A DNA stretch of 53,153 bases, from assembly GCF_001194135.2 (NCBI RefSeq), contig NC_068993.1, positions 30,093,465 to 30,146,617 on the forward strand, written 5' to 3'. The number at the start of each line of letters is the position of its first letter. Position 1 is the stretch's first letter. This document shows positions 49,801-53,153 of the stretch, in pieces. Under the pieces are notes generated by a model. The model was not told the origin of the DNA, made no database searches, and was given only the letters and a program-made list of their open reading frames with translations. The stretch comes from Octopus bimaculoides. Its lineage: Eukaryota. Made by a program: the position numbers and the translations under genes.

Positions 49801-50285
49801 GTCACCACACAATATAAAATTCACGGCGGAACTCGAGGCAATCCAACGAAGCTGCACTAAGAAAATCGTTTCGATGCAATATATCAGCGGGAAAGATATG
49901 CAGTGATATACATCTGAAAAATCCTGGAAGGCTTTGAACCAAACTTTAGCATTGAAATTTACTCAAACTGCAAAACGGAGCGCCACTGCATAGTGCCAAA
50001 GATCCCAGCATCACCATCAAAATACAGGACCAACAAGCTCTTCAATATCCTTCCAAAATGCCTGAAAGATCTGCATGGTGTGGATGTGTCTTTAAAACGG
50101 AACTGGGTCCCTTCCTGACAAGGGTCCCAGACGAGCGTACCTCACGGGAGGAAACACAGATGAGGGCAGCGGCATCAAACTCCCTCGTTGAGAAAATGTC
50201 ACATATTAGAGGAGGTTTCAAATAATGGTGTAGCACAGTCAACGGTAGTATCCCAGCAAGACCGCAGCTTTGACACTGAAACATT
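46900..50285 (+). mobile_element. CR1-group LINE, near full length, decayed (ORF1 remnant, EN, RT, 3' tail)
   Basis: EN: LLNIGGL, HGGATVYI, TYRP, LLGDFNFPNV, LISDHNII. RT: LAGPDRFPA, YRPITLT..SKVMERIV, YLGFAKAFNKVD, SGVPQGTVLGPLLFIV. Ends before a (TA)n tract. Confidence 0.9.
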
Positions 50286-50308
50286 TTAAAGACTTAATGA
50301 CTTAAATA

Positions 50309-50350
<42 letters not shown>

Positions 50351-50406
50351 NNNNNNNNNNNNNNNNNNNNNNNNNNNNNNNNNNNNNNNNNNNNNNNNNN
50401 NNNNNN

Positions 50407-50463
<57 letters not shown>

Positions 50464-50465
<2 letters not shown>

Positions 50466-51317
50466 TGTGAGACAGAATTTTTGAAGTGATGTAAAATATT
50501 GTATATTTAGAATAATAAGGTAGTCAGAATGTTCGATGATTATATATTTATTTTTAATTACATTTTATTTACATTTTCAGTGCTTTCATCCGTTATAGAA
50601 TTTATCAAAAAGTGGTTTAAAGTTAGATTTCTTGGCCTCTTTATATAAAAAAAATTTCGTGGGGTTTGCCAAGCAAGGGAGAAGAAAGAAGGAAAAACGC
50701 TTTTAAGAAAGAGGGGGAGGTAAAGTGGAGTGGCTTTTGTATTGGTATGGTCAGACTTGTTTGTTTAGTACATAGTGGTCTTTTAAGGTGGAGAAGGAAA
50801 AAGAGTTGTATTTGAACTGGTTAAGGTTTTAATTGAAAAGCCAGATGTTGTTTTCGACATTCTTCAGTAAAAAATGTAATTGCATTTATAGGCCTTATGT
50901 TTTGTATTCATAAAAGAATAGTTGTATGGATGTGGTCAATTTATTTTCATTGAAATTCTAGATGTTTTCGAAAGAGTGATTTTTTGAGTTCACTATACAC
51001 TCAGAAAACAAATATTTATACACACACACGTATGCATACACGCATATACATACATATACATATACACGCATATATATCCGTATATATATACATATACATC
51101 TATATATAAAAACACAGACACACTCAAAGTCATCTATATATGTACATAGTAGTGGCTGTGTGGTAAGTAGCTTGCTTACTAACCACATGGTTCCGGGTTC
51201 AGTCCCACCACGTGGTATCTTGGGCAAGTGTCTTCTACTATAGCCTCGGGCCGACCAAAGCCTTGTGAGTGGATTTGGTAGACGGAAACTGAAAGAAGCC
51301 CGTAGTATATATATATG

Positions 51318-51352
<35 letters not shown>

Positions 51353-52976
51353 TTGTGCGTCTGTGTTTGTCCCCTTAGCATTGCTTGACAACCGATGCTG
51401 GTGTGCTTATGTCCTCGTCACTTAGCGGTTCGACTAAAGAGACCGATAGAATAAGTACTAGGCTTACAAAGAATAAGTCCCGGGGTCGATTTGCTCGACT
51501 AAAAGGCGGTGCTCCAGCATGGCCGCAGTCAAAATGACTGAAACAAGTAAAAGAGTAAAAGAGTAAAGAGTATATATAGTTATGTTAATTTTTGTTGTGT
51601 ACTTTTTTTGTGAAGTATAGTTCCATTATCTTTCGGAATTTTCCAAATGTCTCCTTTGCTTTCAGGCGTTTAATTTTGGTCATAACTTCCTTATGAAGTG
51701 TAGCTCCATTGTTTTTCGGCAGTTTGGGTCGTTCCTTTGTAGAAGAGAAAAATTTTGAATTTTCCTTCTCCACATATTTCTAAATTTTTGCTCAGTAGAA
51801 TTTTCCATAGTTCCTCTTGTCGGATGTACTGCCACTGGATTCTTGCGCGTTGGCAAAGGGAATTATTGGTTTCTCCAATATAATTCTCCTTGCATTTCGG
51901 GAAAATAATGCAGTATATGAGGTGTTGTGTCTTGCAGCTCATATTTGCATTTATTTTGAATAAGAACCCACTCTGAAATTTTATTTGTAGTTATTGTTGT
52001 TGTTGCATATTCCACATCTGCGGTCTCCTCATTACTTTAAGGAAAATTCTGTTTCATTCCATGATGTGAAGTTTGCTCTTGTAAGATGTTTTTCAAGGGT
52101 TTTTTCCTGTCGTTTACTATTTCGCAGGTAGCTTTTGTCTATCAGTTTTCTCATTTTGGGGCTTTGTAAGAGTATTGGTAGGTTTGATTGTATAACGTGG
52201 TAAATGTTGGTTATTCCAGGGTTGTGTGTGTTAATAAATAGAATGGTATATTCCTTGTTTTTTTTTTCTTCTGGAGTCCTAAGTTGTGTGATGCCTAATT
52301 TCGAGATTCCATTATTTATAAGTTCACAAGGTAATTTTGTTTTTGTAAGAAGTTTTTGAGTTCATCAAGTCTAATTTGGCATATTTGTGAATTAGTTATT
52401 ATAGTGCAGATGCGTCTTGCCATACTGTAAGGGATGTTCTTTTGATGCGTGAGGGTGGAAAGAGTAAACATTTAGATGTTGGTGTGTGTCTCTTTTTGTA
52501 AAATATGTCCGTTGTGACAATGAAGTTGTGTATTTTGGTGTGAATTTCTAGGATTGATAGTTCACTGCAGCTGGTTTCTGTTGTGAATAGGTGGGTGCAA
52601 TGTGTTGAGGGTGTTGTAAAATGTTCGTAGGTCTTCTTTTGGTCTACTCCAAAATATGAAACAGTCATCGAGGTAGCACTTCCAGTTATTCACGATGTTT
52701 TCCTTGAAGTTGTGATCAAAGGTTTTTCCTGCTTCCTTATAAAGTCTATGTTCTAAGTAAACCTTAGAAAAGTCTACCTTTTTGGCAACACCCCAAAATT
52801 TTTTTGTATATAAAAAAGACAACAAATCTAACTTTAAACCACTTTTTGATAACGGAAGGGAGCGCTAAAAAGGTAAATAAAATGTAAATAAAAATATATA
52901 TTATCATCCAAAATTCTGGCTACCTTATTCTAAATATACAATATTTTACATCACTTCAAAAATTCTCTCTGTCACA
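50464..52976 (-). mobile_element. 5'-truncated PLE (Neptune-like): direct pLTR 50464-50630 end, RT-EN 51575-52820, inverted pLTR 52824-52976; SINE inserted
   Basis: WKCYLDDCFIFW, TTDIFYK, HLIYCIIFPKCKENYIGETNNSLCQR. 50464-50630 is the reverse complement of 52824-52976. Decayed HHR scaffold near 50570-50615. Confidence 0.85.
51152..51570 (+). mobile_element. Complete young-looking SINE with internal microsatellite
   Basis: Head GGCTGTGTGGTAAG...GGTTCAGTCC, body to 51303, (TA)/(TG) tract, 3' half ending CCAGCATGGCCGCAGTCAAAATGACTGAAAC followed by (AAGAGTAA)-like repeats. A partial minus-strand head lies at 46727-46800 and a decayed head at 44460-44560. Confidence 0.9.
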
Positions 52977-53153
52977 CACACACACACACACGTGTGTGTG
53001 TATGTATATATATACTTGTATATAATATATATATAATATTTATGTATATGTATCTGTATCTGTATCTACATCTATCTATCTATCTATCTCACCCTCTTTC
53101 TCTCTGTATATATATATATGAATATACATACATAGGTATATATATATATATAT

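Overview
Eukaryotic, AT-rich, microsatellite-saturated scaffold with many N-gaps. The SINE and LINE repertoire points to a cephalopod, most likely a draft Octopus assembly (inference, not tested). The window is almost entirely decayed mobile DNA: about nine Penelope-like element (PLE) remnants of at least two GIY-YIG types, four RTE-clade LINE copies (two apparently full-length copies of one family), three CR1/Jockey-group LINE remnants, two Tc1/mariner remnants, a Tc2-like MITE and more than ten tRNA-headed SINEs. No intact gene, rRNA, tRNA or CRISPR array is supported. The only host-gene signal is a probable first coding exon at 42056-42243 (signal-peptide-like stretch, KTKR site, AA|GTAAGT donor) in a TE-free island. 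Most ORF-track entries are microsatellite or N-gap artefacts or antisense to TEs. The main hidden layer is a set of type I hammerhead ribozyme (HHR) motifs in PLE pseudo-LTRs. Three have intact catalytic cores (165-252 minus, 2747-2798 plus, 14998-15104 plus) and several are decayed. They often sit in inverted pLTR pairs, including an ORF-less head-to-head foldback. Also notable: RTE LINEs ending in three spaced C2H2 zinc fingers, a SINE tail shared with the local CR1-group LINE, and a PLE with twin-priming-type inversion geometry. All folds and alignments were done by eye, and most TE boundaries are approximate (tens of bp).
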